Positions 12,087 to 24,312 of a stretch of 64,000 nucleotides of DNA are shown piece by piece. This DNA comes from an uncultured Planctomycetaceae bacterium (lineage in GTDB: Bacteria; Planctomycetota; Planctomycetia; Isosphaerales; Isosphaeraceae), in assembly GCA_963833985.1 (NCBI GenBank), contig CAWIAD010000002.1:5536001-5600000 (forward strand). The letters are read 5' to 3'. A model generated the notes under the pieces. The model had not been told where the DNA came from, did no database searches, and was given only the letters and a program-made list of their open reading frames with translations. Positions within the stretch are counted from its first letter, which is position 1; each line of letters opens with the position of its first letter. A program made the translations under genes and the position numbers.

Positions 12087-13451
12087 TCAGACCAGCTCGG
12101 GAATCACCGCGGATGTGGGTGGTAGGATGCTGACAGGACGGTTTGACGAGTCGTGAACAATCGTCAGTGGACTGATGCCAAGGTTGTGGTAGGTGGTTGC
12201 CAGGACATCGCGGAAATGGATCGGTCGGCTGGCGGCTGCGGCACCCAGTTTATCCGTGGAGCCAATCACCTGGCCCACCTTCATGCCCCCGCCTGCCAGC
12301 AGTGCCGAATTCACGGCGGCCCAGTGGTCGCGGCCGGCATTCTTGTTGATTTTTGGCGTGCGGCCGAACTCACCCCAGACCACCACGGTCACCTCACGAT
12401 CAAGACCGCGGGCATGGAGATCCTCGACGAGCGCCGAGATTCCCTGGTCCATGAGCGGCAGATACTGTCGGAGGTGGGAGAAGTTCCCGCCATGCGTATC
12501 CCAGAAACCATAGCCCAGCGAAACGCAACGTGCCCCGGCCTCCACCAACCTCCGGGCAATCAGGAGCTGGTCATTCCACATCGGTGCACCATCGCCCAGA
12601 TGGCGTGGCGATCCAATGCCGTATCGAGCACGTAATCGGGGGTCCTCACGTTCCACGTCCAGAGCCCTGGCTAGCTTGTCCGAGGTCAGTACGGTGAACG
12701 CCTGCTGATAGAACGCACTCATACCGTCAAGCGAAGGGCTCTCGGCCGATCGGCGAAAGCCATCGAACTGGTCGAGGAGCCGTTTACGGCCAGAGAATCG
12801 CTGAGTGGTGACACCCACGGGTGGACGCAAGAGGGCGAGGTCATCTCCTTCCATCCGGGCGGCCTGAAAGGCCTGACCCAGGATACCCGGTCCGGGTGTA
12901 TTGTAAGGCCGGTGCTGCATCACCGGAGAAAGATCCACAAAGGGCGGTACCACAGGGTCCACGGGTCCTTGCAGCCTCGCGATCACCGAGCCGAAATGGG
13001 GTCTTCCCTCACGGCGTGCCAGCCCCATGGGGAAGCCTGTCATGCTCTGGAAACTGGAGTGTTCATCCACCTGGCCGACCAGCGACCGGATCACTGCCAG
13101 TTTATCCATGACGGCGGCGGTTCGGGGCAGCAGCTCACAAATCTGGACTCCGGGCAGGGACGTGGGAATGGGCTGGAATTCACCGCGAATTCCCGCCGGT
13201 GCGTCCATCTTGAGGTCAAAGGTATCCTGGTGTGCCAACCCGCCTGTGAGATAGACCATGATCACCGACCGGTGCGATCCGTGCCGTGCCGGTGGCGCAT
13301 GATCTGGTTTCACGGCTGCCGCGGCTTCGGCCTCGAGCAAACCGGGGAGGTTCAAGCCTCCCATGACCAGCCCGCCGATCTTCAGAAAAGATCGCCGAGA
13401 GAGGCCATCGCAGTAGCCGCGCCGCGCTTCCGAACTCCAGAGCATCAACAT
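12087..13451 (-). CDS. DUF1501 protein (twin-Arg N-terminus)
   Basis: CDGLSRRSFLKIGG, SVIMVYLTGGLAHQDTFDLK, ARRLVEAG, WDTH, GEFGRTP, GRDHW; GGAGG 9 nt before ATG 13451. Confidence 0.9.
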   Translation of the reverse strand: MLMLWSSEARRGYCDGLSRRSFLKIGGLVMGGLNLPGLLEAEAAAAVKPDHAPPARHGSHRSVIMVYLTGGLAHQDTFDLKMDAPAGIRGEFQPIPTSLPGVQICELLPRTAAVMDKLAVIRSLVGQVDEHSSFQSMTGFPMGLARREGRPHFGSVIARLQGPVDPVVPPFVDLSPVMQHRPYNTPGPGILGQAFQAARMEGDDLALLRPPVGVTTQRFSGRKRLLDQFDGFRRSAESPSLDGMSAFYQQAFTVLTSDKLARALDVEREDPRLRARYGIGSPRHLGDGAPMWNDQLLIARRLVEAGARCVSLGYGFWDTHGGNFSHLRQYLPLMDQGISALVEDLHARGLDREVTVVVWGEFGRTPKINKNAGRDHWAAVNSALLAGGGMKVGQVIGSTDKLGAAAASRPIHFRDVLATTYHNLGISPLTIVHDSSNRPVSILPPTSAVIPELV

Positions 13452-13593
13452 GCGATCCATCCTCCGGCATCCAATGTTCCGCTCCCGGCCGCGCCGGCAA
13501 TACGCCGATCCACGTGTTGAACAATAATCTAACAAGATCAGCCAGCGGGCGCGAAGTGGCAGCCCGCGGTTTCCTGGCGTAACACGCACGCGT

Positions 13594-14498
13594 TCAATAC
13601 CCACGCAATGCGCAGTAGACCAGGCACAGGTTTCCTTGCAGAATGGATAGTTCATAAGGCAACGCCGTGCATATTTTCGGGCGACCTGGACATGGCCGGA
13701 GTCGAGTGCCCACCAGCCCCAGGTCAGAGGAAGAACCTGGGAGCTCAACGCACGCTGGCCTGATCGATCAGGCCAGGGCAGGTTCCTGCGCGCTCGGGCC
13801 TCCTCAAGGATGCGCCTTGCTTCTTCCCATTGCTGTTCTCTTCGATGCTGCGACATTCCTGCCAGGTGTACGCGGTAATGAAGCAGGACGTCCGGCAGAT
13901 TGGCAAGGCGGTAGCCGTGCTCCGTCAGCCGCAAGCAGAGTTCCAGGTCATGGGCGGTTGGATAGCCTTCGCGGTAGTGTCCCACCGCGTCCAGCGCCTT
14001 GCGCCGGATCATCAGTGACGGGTGGCACATGGATAGCCCGCGTCCAGCAAGAATGGCAGCCTCGATCTCGGCGTGGCGCGCTGGCCAGCGAAAGCGACAG
14101 AGGGGATCTCCCTCATCATCAATGGCCATCACCTGACTGCCCAGGACAGCAATCTCCGGATGGTCGGCCAGGCAGGCAACCTGGCGTTCAAAGCGCTCAG
14201 GTAAGGCGACATCGTCAGCGTCCATGACGGCGATGAATTCACCGCGGGCAAGCTGGTGCAAGGCATTCCGCGCAGCAACAACGCCCCGGTTTGGACCAGA
14301 GCTCAGTTTGATCCGGCCATCGAGCTGGGCGTAGTGCTCAAGGATAACGCGCGATCCATCGGTTGATCCGTCATCAATCACAAGGAGTTCGAAAAGTTCA
14401 TATGACTGGCGTAAGATGCTTTCAACCGCTTCCGCGACAAAGCGTTCTGCGTTGAAAACCGGCATGATGGCCGAGACAAACGGACGGCTGGAAACCAT
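13594..14498 (-). CDS. Glycosyltransferase family 2, one frameshift near 13627
   Basis: VSAIMPVFNAE, IDDGSTD, MDADD, HPSLMIRR, HDLEL. Adding one base gives a natural end ...LVYCALRGY-stop (TGA at 13594-13596). Confidence 0.85.
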
Positions 14499-14598
14499 GA
14501 ACGCTGATCACCCTGTGTTCAATACTCGCGAGGAATCTTCCAGAGAAACCTAGCACTCATCAAGCACGTTGTGAAACGAGGGGCGTGTACAAGGGCCT

Positions 14599-17085
14599 TC
14601 AAAGCCCATGTCCGCGCCCTTCTTCAGCGGCAGGCTGCGTGAGCTTCTGAAAATCTGGACGCCCGCGCAGCGAGTCCAGGTCTGGGGCTGACCGGCAGGT
14701 CTCGAGGCTGGTGAAGCCGCGCTTGACGGCGCTCTCCAGTGCTGAGACAGCACGTGCGCCATAAACCTGGCGTCGCAGCCGGTCGGCAGGACTCAGCTCA
14801 GCCTCATCATCGGGTGCCGGTTCTGATGGTCCGGCACCGATCAGAGAGACGCAGAGCGCAAGGTTCACAGCAAGCTCATAGCTCTCCGCGGGACCTGGCC
14901 GGGGAAGGCTTTCCAGCAGGTCCACCGCGCGTTGGAATGAGTGAAAGGCTTCGGTGAAATGCCGGTCCTGGTAATGCAGCCGGCCCACGAAGCTGTGGCA
15001 CTGCGCCAGGTGGATCGAGAAGAGAGGGTCGTTGGGGTGGTCAGCAGCCAGGGGCTCAAGTATCCCACGCACTTTCCCCGCCAGCTCCAGAGCCGTCTTT
15101 CGCTCCCCGCGCTGTGCCTGTAGCCGGCTCATCCGGTCGTAGGCGAGATACTGTTCTCGGAGGTAAGGAACCGCATCGGGAAACCTGCCGACTAGCCGCT
15201 CAAGCAGCGCAACCGCCTGGTTCTGATCCTCCAGGGCCGCATCCAGGCGTTCAGCCTTCTGCTCCAGGCTTGCCAGTTCTTCCAGATCCAGTGCCTGCTC
15301 GTGAAGCTGGTCGAGACGATCAGGGTGATCATGGGCAATGATCTGGCGCAGCTTGATGCCCTTGCTGAATTCTTCAACGGCCTGGTCGTGGACCTCCGGG
15401 CGGTCCCCCAGCAAACGTCCCAGGGCCACGTGATCTGCGGCCAGGTTCACCCGATCCGCCACATCAGGTGGTTTCGCCGTGTTCATCTTGTTCAGAATAC
15501 GGATCGCGCGGACCAGGTTACTCTGGGCACGCTCGGGTTGATTCGCCTGGCGCTGCGCCTCGGCAAGGTTTCCCAGAACTCTGGCCAGCTCACGCTGATG
15601 AGCGCTCGACTCACGGCTGCCAGAAGGCTTCGCCTCCAGGAACCCCAGAGCCCGTTCCAGGACGGTCAGGGCACGACCACTCTGGCCCTCCATCGAGAGC
15701 AAGGTCTCGCCCAGCTCGTCCAGCGCAATGGTCAAGCTCGCCTGGAAACGCATCTCGCCGGGGTATCGAGTGATGAGATCATCATACCGGCTGATGGCCT
15801 GCTCCATCTGCCAGGCAGCGACGTCGAGAAGCCCGATCCGGCGATCGATGCGGGCAATCCGTTCCTGAGCCACGGCAGCCAGCTCGAGCGCATCGAGAGT
15901 GCCGCCGTGAAGGTCGAGGATGTTTTCGTAGTAATGGAGCAGGTTCTCCAGTAGGGCGGAACGGACAGGCTGAAGCCCCGGCCTCTCGAACTGAGGTTCC
16001 TGATCGATGAGCGTGAACAGATCATCTGCTGCCCGGTGCGCGATCTGGAACGACGTCTCAGCATGCTTGTACTCCTGCTCAACGCGCTTCAAGGCGAGGG
16101 TTGAGGTGATGAAACCAACGGTCACGGCAATGGCCGTGAAGCATCCCAGGGTTGTGAGCAGCGGATGACGCGCGATGAACTTACGGACGCGGTAGGAACG
16201 GCTCTGCCGATGTGCCACCACAGGCCGGCCCTGGAAATACCTGTCTACGTCCTCCGCGAATTGTGCTGTTGTGGCATAGCGCCGCTCAGGCTCCTTGTGC
16301 AGCGCGTGAAGCACGATGGATTCCAGATCGCCCGTGATCCGGCCATACGTCCCGCCCCCGGTAGACGTCCTCACGGTGCTGGGACGTTCCGGGGCTTGCT
16401 CGGAGATGGTCTTGCAGATCTCGTTGGTATCCAAGGCATCAAGCCGGTAAGGGCCGCGTCCGGTGAGCAACTGGTAGAGTAAGAGGCCAAGCTGGTAGAC
16501 GTCCGTCGCCACCGTGGGAGGCTCACCAAGCACCTGTTCCGGACTGGCATAGCCACGCTTCAAGAGGTCGGTCAACGGCTCGCTTGAGGGTTCAGGCGCC
16601 GACACATGAATGGCACCGTCTTCGCGCACACGAACCCGCTCCGGCGTCAGGGCGCCGTGAATGAAGCCGCGGCGGTGGTCCTGATCAACCACGTGGCAGA
16701 CCCGCTGAAACAGCCGCAGCCGCTCGGGAATGCTCAAACGCTGCTGCGTACAGGAGACGATGATGGTGAGATCATCGGATTCCTCGCTGGCTTGCCCGGC
16801 CAGTCCGCCGGGGCGCAGGTCCGGGCTCTGGAGGAGGGCATCCAGGGCAATTGCCTCGATGGATCCGCGCTCCAGGTCTGGAGGCTCGTTCGCGTTCGCT
16901 GCAAGGGGCTGACCCATGCTGGTGTCACACTCCGGCACGGTGCTGAGTCTGGCTTCAACCCTGGCACGCAGCTCGGCATCAGTGCCGCAGGATGCGTCGA
17001 GAAACCGCCCCCGGCGCTCGTTCATCATGGTTCTGGCCAGTGCTGCGATCATCTCGATAGAGTCATCCTTCGCGGCATCGCTCAT
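14599..17085 (-). CDS. Degenerate Ser/Thr kinase domain + TM + TPR repeats (probable pseudokinase)
   Basis: FLDASCGTDAELRARVE N-terminus and C-lobe YASPEQ, TDVYQLG, DLESIV..AL.KEPERRY. No Gly-loop, VAIK or DFG; HRD replaced by HGA. TPR-like C-terminus ending DLDSLRGRPDFQKL. Confidence 0.8.
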   Translation of the reverse strand: MSDAAKDDSIEMIAALARTMMNERRGRFLDASCGTDAELRARVEARLSTVPECDTSMGQPLAANANEPPDLERGSIEAIALDALLQSPDLRPGGLAGQASEESDDLTIIVSCTQQRLSIPERLRLFQRVCHVVDQDHRRGFIHGALTPERVRVREDGAIHVSAPEPSSEPLTDLLKRGYASPEQVLGEPPTVATDVYQLGLLLYQLLTGRGPYRLDALDTNEICKTISEQAPERPSTVRTSTGGGTYGRITGDLESIVLHALHKEPERRYATTAQFAEDVDRYFQGRPVVAHRQSRSYRVRKFIARHPLLTTLGCFTAIAVTVGFITSTLALKRVEQEYKHAETSFQIAHRAADDLFTLIDQEPQFERPGLQPVRSALLENLLHYYENILDLHGGTLDALELAAVAQERIARIDRRIGLLDVAAWQMEQAISRYDDLITRYPGEMRFQASLTIALDELGETLLSMEGQSGRALTVLERALGFLEAKPSGSRESSAHQRELARVLGNLAEAQRQANQPERAQSNLVRAIRILNKMNTAKPPDVADRVNLAADHVALGRLLGDRPEVHDQAVEEFSKGIKLRQIIAHDHPDRLDQLHEQALDLEELASLEQKAERLDAALEDQNQAVALLERLVGRFPDAVPYLREQYLAYDRMSRLQAQRGERKTALELAGKVRGILEPLAADHPNDPLFSIHLAQCHSFVGRLHYQDRHFTEAFHSFQRAVDLLESLPRPGPAESYELAVNLALCVSLIGAGPSEPAPDDEAELSPADRLRRQVYGARAVSALESAVKRGFTSLETCRSAPDLDSLRGRPDFQKLTQPAAEEGRGHGL

Positions 17086-17245
17086 GAACAGTGCTCCCTG
17101 GATATGCCCAGATGCGGGCAAGATTCCAATCTGGCTACCGGGAGGGCGGATGACAAGAGCATACGAGCACTGTACACTTGGGTAGATACCGTGGAGTTCG
17201 GTCGCTGGCAGCTTATGGGTGTTTCACCAGGTCTGGTACTGATTC

Positions 17246-18493
17246 ATGTTCCGGTTCCTGCATGCCGCCGACATCCACCTCGACAGTCCCCAGCGCGGGC
17301 TTGATCGCTATGAGGGAGCGCCGGTAAGCGAATGCCGTGGCGCCACGCGGCAAGCCCTCGAGAAACTGGTAGAGCTGGCGATCGTGGAGAAGGTCGCTTT
17401 CGTGGTGATCGTGGGGGATCTCTACGACGGCGATTGGCCCGATTACAACACGGGTCTATTCTTCGGCAAGCAGATGATGAAGCTGCGCGATGCAGGTATT
17501 CCGGTCTTCATGATCCGGGGCAACCACGATGCCGCGAACAAGATGACCAACGACCTGAAGCTTGTGGACAATGTCCGCGTGCTCTCCAGCCAGCAGGCGG
17601 AGACGGTGCTGTTCGAGGATTGCGGGGTTGCCATCCACGGGCAGAGCTTTCCCACCCAGGCCGTCGTGACCAACCTGGCCAGGTCTTACCCTGCACGGCG
17701 GAAGGGCTACTTCAATCTCGGTCTGCTGCATACCTGCGTGACGGGCCGGGAGGGGCACGAAGATTATGCCCCCTGCTCGCTCGACGATCTCCGGGGCCGC
17801 GAGTACGGCTACTGGGCGCTGGGGCATATCCATACCAGGGAGCTGCTATTCCAGGAAGATCCCTGGATCGTGTTTCCGGGTAACCTCCAGGGACGGCACG
17901 CGCGCGAGACCGGGCCCAAGGGCTGCATGCTGATCTCGGTTAACGACCACCACGAAGTGGTTGCCGCGGAGCCGCGCTGGCTGGACGTCATGCGCTGGGA
18001 AACATGCCTGCTGGATGCCCGGGGCGCACAGGATGGAGACGAGGTAGTGGCCCGGTTCCGGGAACGCCTGAGCCAGCTTGTCTCGGCCTGTGACGGTCGG
18101 CTGCTGGCACTACGGGTGGACGTGCAGGGTGCCACCCGGGCGCATGCTTCGCTCACGTCCCATACCTTGCACTGGACCAGCGAACTTCGCCAGGCCGGAA
18201 TGGACTGCGGCTCGTGCCGGGTCTGGATCGAGAAGGTGCTGTTGCGGACCACGCCCGAGCGGACCCTGGAGGAAACCATCCAGGCTGACACCCCGCTGGC
18301 AGAGCTTGCGGCGCTGATCGACGAGCTGCGCGGCGATAGCACCCGGCTCACCGCTCTGGCGATGCGCACGCTGGGTGATCTGACGCGCAGGCTGCCGCCC
18401 GGCCTTGCCGACGGCCTGGTCACCCCGGAGCGGCTGCAAGGAGTACTCGAGCACGTGGGTCCGCTGCTGCTCGAGCGACTGATCAAACGGTAA
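17246..18493 (+). CDS. Mre11/SbcD-like metallophosphoesterase (YhaO-like)
   Basis: FLHAADIHLD, GDLYD, GNHD, GLLHT, YWALGHIH, PGNLQGRH. Confidence 0.92.
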   Translation: MFRFLHAADIHLDSPQRGLDRYEGAPVSECRGATRQALEKLVELAIVEKVAFVVIVGDLYDGDWPDYNTGLFFGKQMMKLRDAGIPVFMIRGNHDAANKMTNDLKLVDNVRVLSSQQAETVLFEDCGVAIHGQSFPTQAVVTNLARSYPARRKGYFNLGLLHTCVTGREGHEDYAPCSLDDLRGREYGYWALGHIHTRELLFQEDPWIVFPGNLQGRHARETGPKGCMLISVNDHHEVVAAEPRWLDVMRWETCLLDARGAQDGDEVVARFRERLSQLVSACDGRLLALRVDVQGATRAHASLTSHTLHWTSELRQAGMDCGSCRVWIEKVLLRTTPERTLEETIQADTPLAELAALIDELRGDSTRLTALAMRTLGDLTRRLPPGLADGLVTPERLQGVLEHVGPLLLERLIKR

Positions 18494-18619
18494 CCGACGG
18501 CTGGCGGCAGTTGTCAGGCTTGTCAGCCCGGTTTATGCTCGGTACCACCGCGGCCGGCCGGCAGATCCATTCCGGCGCGGCAGCCGGGGAGACGGCATGA
18601 AGGTCGAGGGATGATACCC

Positions 18620-20267
18620 ATGAGAAGAAGACGTTCGTTCTGTCTCATTGCCGCAGTTCTTGCGGCCGGCTCCACCCTGGGAATGGTCACCGCCCGGGCG
18701 TGCACCAGCATCATCGTCAGTCGGGGAGCGTCGAAGGACGGCTCGGTGATGGTGACCTATTCCGCCGATGCCCCGTTCATGCCCCGCCTGCTGCGCATCG
18801 CCGGCGGCACGCATGCGCCAGGAACCATGATTGACGTGCGCGGCTGGGAGGATGACCAGGTGCGCGGGCAGGTACGCCAGGTCGAGCGCACCTACACGGT
18901 GGTGGGCCTGATGAATGAGCACCAGCTCTCGCTCGGGGAGACCACCACCGGTGGCCGGCGCGAGCTGGTCGACCGCAAGGGCCAGCTTGATTACGACGGT
19001 CTGATGCTGCTGGTCCTGGAGCGCGCCACGACGGCCCGAGAGGCCATTTCCATGATCGACGCGCTGTGCAAGGAGTATGGCTACGGCAGCTCCGGCGAGA
19101 CCTTCTCCATCGCCGATAAGAACGAAGCCTGGATCATGGAGCTGATCGGCAAGGGACCGGGCCAGAAGGGTATTGTCTGGGTGGCCGCGCGCGTGCCGGA
19201 GGGCTGTATCACCGCGCATGCGAACATGAGCCGGATCACCACCTTTCCACTCAACGATCCGGAAAACTGGCTGTACAGTCCGGACGTCATTTCCTTCGCC
19301 ATCGACAAGGGTTACTACAAGACCGAGGCGGGCAAGCCGTTCAGCTTTCGCGACGCTTACCATCCCCACCAGGGCCCCGACCAGAAACGGGCCTGCGCCG
19401 GGCGGGTCTGGAGCATCTACCGCCGCGCCGCCGCCCAGCAGAACTTCTCCGACGCGTATTTCCGGGGGGTGGAAGGCACCGAGGACTACCCGCTGTTCAT
19501 CAGGCCTGAGATGCCTCTCTCGGTTCACGACGTGATGAAGCTGATGCGCGATCACTACGAGGGGACGCCCTACGATATGACCAAAGGCGTTGACGCCGGC
19601 CCGTTTGGCAGTCCCTTACGGTTACGCGATCTGGCGTTCACGGTGGACGGCCACAAGTACATGTGGGAACGGCCGATCTCCACGCAGCAGGCGGGCTTCG
19701 TGGTCGTGACCCAGAGCCGTAAAGAGCTGCCCGACGCGATTGGCGGCGTGACCTGGTTCACACCCGACGAGGCTTCGACGTCCTGCTTCACGCCGCTCTA
19801 CTGCGGTATTGGAGCGCTCCCCGAGGCGTATACCCGGGGCGACTACAAGAAGTTTTCCTGGGATTCGGCCTGGTGGGTCACGAACCTGGTGTCAAACCTT
19901 GCTTATGACCGCTGGTCCCGCGTGATTCCCGACATCCGGCAGGCGCAGGCTGAGCAGGAGGGAGCGCTGCTGAAGATGCAGCCGGTGATCGAGGAGACCG
20001 CGGCCAAGCTTGCTGCCAGCGACCCGGCGCTCGATGAAGACGTTCCTGACCAGCTATTCCGTCGCGTCGGGCGACACGGTTTTCCACCGCTGGCAGGATC
20101 TGGCGTCCGCAATCCTGACGCGGCATGTTGACGGCTACCTGAAGGATTCCAGGGGACGGCCCGGGGCGCCCGGCTACGCGCCGGACTGGCTCCACGAGGT
20201 GGTCAACCGGCGGCCCGATCAGTTCAAGCTGCCGGCGCAACACGAGCCCGCCGAGACCGACCACTGA
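18620..20267 (+). CDS. Secreted C69-family dipeptidase, one frameshift near 20033
   Basis: Signal peptide then nucleophile Cys (ACTSIIV..GASKDGS), MNEHQLSLGETT, GETFSIADKNEAW, HAN, RDHYEGT, ERPIS. The C-terminus continues in ORF 20010..20267 (MKTFLTSYS...HVDGY). Confidence 0.85.
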
Positions 20268-20298
20268 CCCGGACGGTCGTCCTGACTGCTGCATCGCC

Positions 20299-23200
20299 AT
20301 GAAGATCCTCGAGCTTGCCCTGCATGCATTTGGCCCGTTTACCGACACGCTGCTCGATCTTTCAGCGGGGCGCGAGGGGCTCCACCTGATCCACGGGCCC
20401 AACGAGGCCGGCAAGTCGTCGGCCTTGCGGGCCCTGCGCCAGGTGCTCTTCGGCATCCCCGCGCAGTCGGCCGACAGCTTTGTGCATGCTTACCCGAAGC
20501 TGCGTATCGGGCTGACCCTGCGTGCCGGCGACGGCCGGGTCGTCAAGCTGGTTCGCCGCAAAGGTAACCGTAACACGCTGCTGAGCGGCGACGGGGAAAC
20601 CCCCCTCGCCGAGGCAACGGTGGACCGATTCCTGGGCGGCCTGACCGAGGCGGATTTCAGGAGCCGGTTCGCACTTGACCATGAGGACTTGGTCCAGGGC
20701 GGCAAGGCCATTCTTCAGGGCAGTGGCGAGCTGGGCACGGTGCTCTTTCAGGCTGGAGGCGGGCTCAAGAACCTGGTGGCCGTGGAACGACAGCTCGATC
20801 ACGAGCTTGAGGGCCTGTTCAAGTCGGGCGCCCGCGCCTCAGGGCCCCGCATCAATGCCGCTCTGGCAGAGCTAAAAGAAGCCGAGAAGACCACACGCGA
20901 AACAGCGCTGCGTAGTAGTGACTGGCTGGGACACGAGAACAACCGGAAGGAGGCTCACTCCGAGCTTCAGCAACTGGAGCAAGGTCTCCAGGAGAAGCGC
21001 GCCGAGAAACACCGGCTGGAGCGGCGGCGGGATGCCCTGCCGCTGGTCGCACGCCAGCGCCTCTGCGAACAGGAACTGGCCCAGCTTGGGGACGTGGTGC
21101 TGCTCTCACAGCAGTTCCAGAAGTCGCGCCTGGATGCTCAGCTTGCCAGGGACACGGCACTGGCCGCGCGGCAGAATGCCCTGGACACGATCACTGAGCT
21201 GGAACGCCAGCTCATGTCGCTGACCGTACCCGAGGGACTGCTGGCCGAGGCCGACGCCATCGAACGCTTGCAAGAAGGAATGACAGCCGAGCGGAAGGCA
21301 CGCAAGGCGCTCCCCGGCGAGGAGGCCAACCTGCGGCAAGCACTCGCCGGTGCGCTGGACCTGCTAGCGGAATCATGGCCCCATCTCCTGCCCGAAGCAG
21401 CCGTTCAGAGCCGGCCAGTTGCCGGTGATGCAGACGTTGAGTGCACCCTCGACCACGTACTGCGGGCCGCTGAGCCGCTTCGCTTCACCCGCGCCCAGCG
21501 ATCGGCGATCACAAACCTGGCCGGTGAAAGAACGAAACTTGATGCCGAACTCGAGCAGGCCGATTGCAGAATCCACGAGCTGACCAAATCGCTCGATGAC
21601 GCCAGCGCCGAGCTGGAGGAACTTCCATCTCCCCGCGACATAACCAGGCTGGAAGCCGCACTCGCGCAGGCCCGCGAGCAGGGAGACCTTGACGGGGCCG
21701 TCGAGGCTGCTCGAGAGCAGCTCGTAGCTGCGGCGAGCGCAGCGGACCTGGCGCATGCCCGGCTTCCACTGTGGACCGGAACCCTCCAGGAGCTGGAGTC
21801 CGCGCCGGTTGCGACGACCGAGACAATCGACCGCTTCGAGTCTGAGTTCGCACGGCTTGCAATCGAGCGCGAACGGCTCTTGACCGAGCGCCGTAAGACG
21901 ATCGAGGAGCGGACGGAGACGGAAAGCGCGCTGGAGGAGCTGCGTCAGATCGCGGGCGTGGTGCCAACGGAAGCTGACCTGACCCGGGCACGCGAACACC
22001 GTGACGGGCTCTGGTGGCTCATCCGCGGCGCCTGGGAAAGCGGCTCGCTGCCCGGGCTTGAGGAAGTCCGCACGCTGCTTGCGAGCTGGGACAGCTCGGC
22101 ATTATCGCGCCCTGCGCTGGCGGATGGCTTCGAGCGGCTGATGAACGAGGCCGACCAGCAGGCCGATCGACTGCGCCGGGAAGCCGCTGATGTCACTCGG
22201 CAAGCGGCGCTACGAGCCAGCTTGCTGAAGACCGCACAGCGGCTCGAGTTCCTGAATGTCCAGGAACAAGAGGCGACCCAGCGTGGCGATGAGCTGGGCG
22301 CCCGCTGGACGGGCGCCTGGTCATTCCTGAGCGCTGCTCCGCTCTCTCCGCGCGAGATGCGCGGGTGGCTTCAGGAACGCCAGGAGCTGGTTCGCCAGGC
22401 GGACCAGTTGCGGCACTTGCAGGCAAAGCTGCAAAGCGTGGAGACCAGGCACCGCCGGCACGTCGAGCAGATGCACCAGTGTCTGCGCGATCTCGAACTG
22501 GAGTCTTGCCCTCCCGCCGAATTCCTGAGCCCGTTGCGCGACCGATCCGAGGCGGAACGCAAGCGACTGGCCGAGGTGGAGCAGAAGCGCAGCACGCTGC
22601 ACGAGTCCGTCAGCAAGCTGAGCCGCCAGCGAGAGGCGGCACGCATCCAGGCGCAGGCCCTGGAGCAACGGCTGGAGATATGGGGCAAGGCGTGGGCGGC
22701 CGCCGTCACCCCGCTCCACCTGGGCCCGAACATCCCGGCCAGGGACGCAATGGAGCTTGTCAACCAGGTGATGGATCTGCAAATGAAGGTCAAGGCGGCG
22801 CACGAAGGACAGGGGCGAATCGCGGGGCTGCGACGCGATGTCGTACAGCTTGCAGGCGAGGTGGTCACCCTCTGCATGCGTGTTGCACCGGACCTTAACC
22901 CAGGCCCAGCCCCCGCTGCCCCTGCCGTGGAGTATGCCGCAACCGAACTGCGGCGCCGTTTCCATGCCGCCCGGGAAGCTCAGACTGCCCGAGAGGCACT
23001 CATCACACAGCGCGAAGCGGAGCTGGCGAAGGTCCGCAGTGCCGAGGAATCGCTTCAGGAAGCGAACCTGTGGTTCGCGGCACTCTGCCAGGAGGCACGA
23101 TGCGCCGCGGTCGACGACCTGCCCACCGCCGAGCAACGTTCGAGGGAAGCGTTCGATCTCCGCGACCGGCTCCGATCGCTCGATGAGCAAATTGGGCTAC

Positions 23201-23978
23201 TAGGTGCGGGTGAGCCGCCAGACCTCTTCCGGGAAGCCGTCCTTGCCCTCGACCCGGACCGCTTACCCGCCCAGATTGACACGCTCGGTGAGGAGATTTC
23301 CAGGCTTGACGCGTTGCGCGGTGAGCTCAACCAGACGCTCGGCCGTGAGCAAGAAGCCCTGCGGCGAATGGATGGGGTCTCCCACTCCGCCGACGCTGCT
23401 GAAATGGCCGAGGTTCTCAAGGCCCGACTGGTATTCGATGTCGAGGAATATACCCGCATCCGGCTGGCTGCCGCCCTACTTCACGAGGCCGTTGACCGTT
23501 ACCGCCAGCGCAGTCAAGGACCGATTCTTGATCGTGCCTCGGCCCTCTTCTCCCGTCTCACCCTCGGCTCGTTCCAGGGCCTGAAGGTTGACTACGACGA
23601 CCAGGATCGGGCCGTGCTGCAAGCCGTTCGCCCAGGCGGCGACGTGACGGTGGGGATCGCGGGCCTGAGCGAAGGATCGGCCGATCAGCTTTACCTCGCG
23701 CTGCGGATCGCCAGCCTGGAAACCTATCTCGACCATCACGAACCCATCCCGCTTGTCGTTGATGACGTCCTGGTCCAGTTCGATGACGATCGTGCCACGG
23801 TTGCCCTGCGCCACTCGCCGACCTGTCGCACCGCACGCAGGTCGTTGTCTTCACGCACCACGAGCACCTGGTGCGCCTGGCGCAGAGCGTTGCCGATCCA
23901 GATGTACTCATCGTCCACCGGCTGAACGCACGGGGCCAAGCCAGGGCTGCCAGCAACACCACTGCGCAGGGTTCTTGA
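20299..23978 (+). CDS. YhaN-like SMC/Rad50-type ATPase (AAA_27) with long coiled coil, frameshift near 23812
   Basis: AFGPF, Walker A HGPNEAGKS, signature LSEGSADQLYLALR, Walker B VVDDVLVQFDDDR. The shifted frame supplies QVVVFTHH and TGA at 23976-23978. Confidence 0.88.
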
Positions 23979-24312
23979 AGCACGGCTCACGGCACTCGTT
24001 CGCAGCGCGACAAGATTGGAGTCTTATCTCACGTGAAAAGAGTGAGGGATGATCGATTAGTCTCACTCCAGGAACTTCTCATTGCGGCCTTGCCCTTTTG
24101 CCGCGTGCTCGCTATGCTGCCGACGCTGAACTCTCACATCTCCGTTCGGCTCTGCGTAAAATCATTCATATCAGGCAATTACGGCGAAATCCCCGGCATG
24201 CCCTCGGTGCCCGGCAGCGTATTCCAGATGGAGTATCGACAGGATGTCGAGCGCCTTCTTGCAGCTCCGGGCGGTCATTCCTTTCTGCCGCAATACAACT
24301 GTCCCTCGCACC

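Noticed and set aside
12087..14498. 803-aa GT2-DUF1501 fusion in the ORF track
   Set aside because: A one-base shift near 13627 restores a natural GT2 end (LVYCALRGY-stop at 13594), and DUF1501 has its own GGAGG + ATG (13451) and twin-Arg leader; the fusion is most likely an indel artefact.
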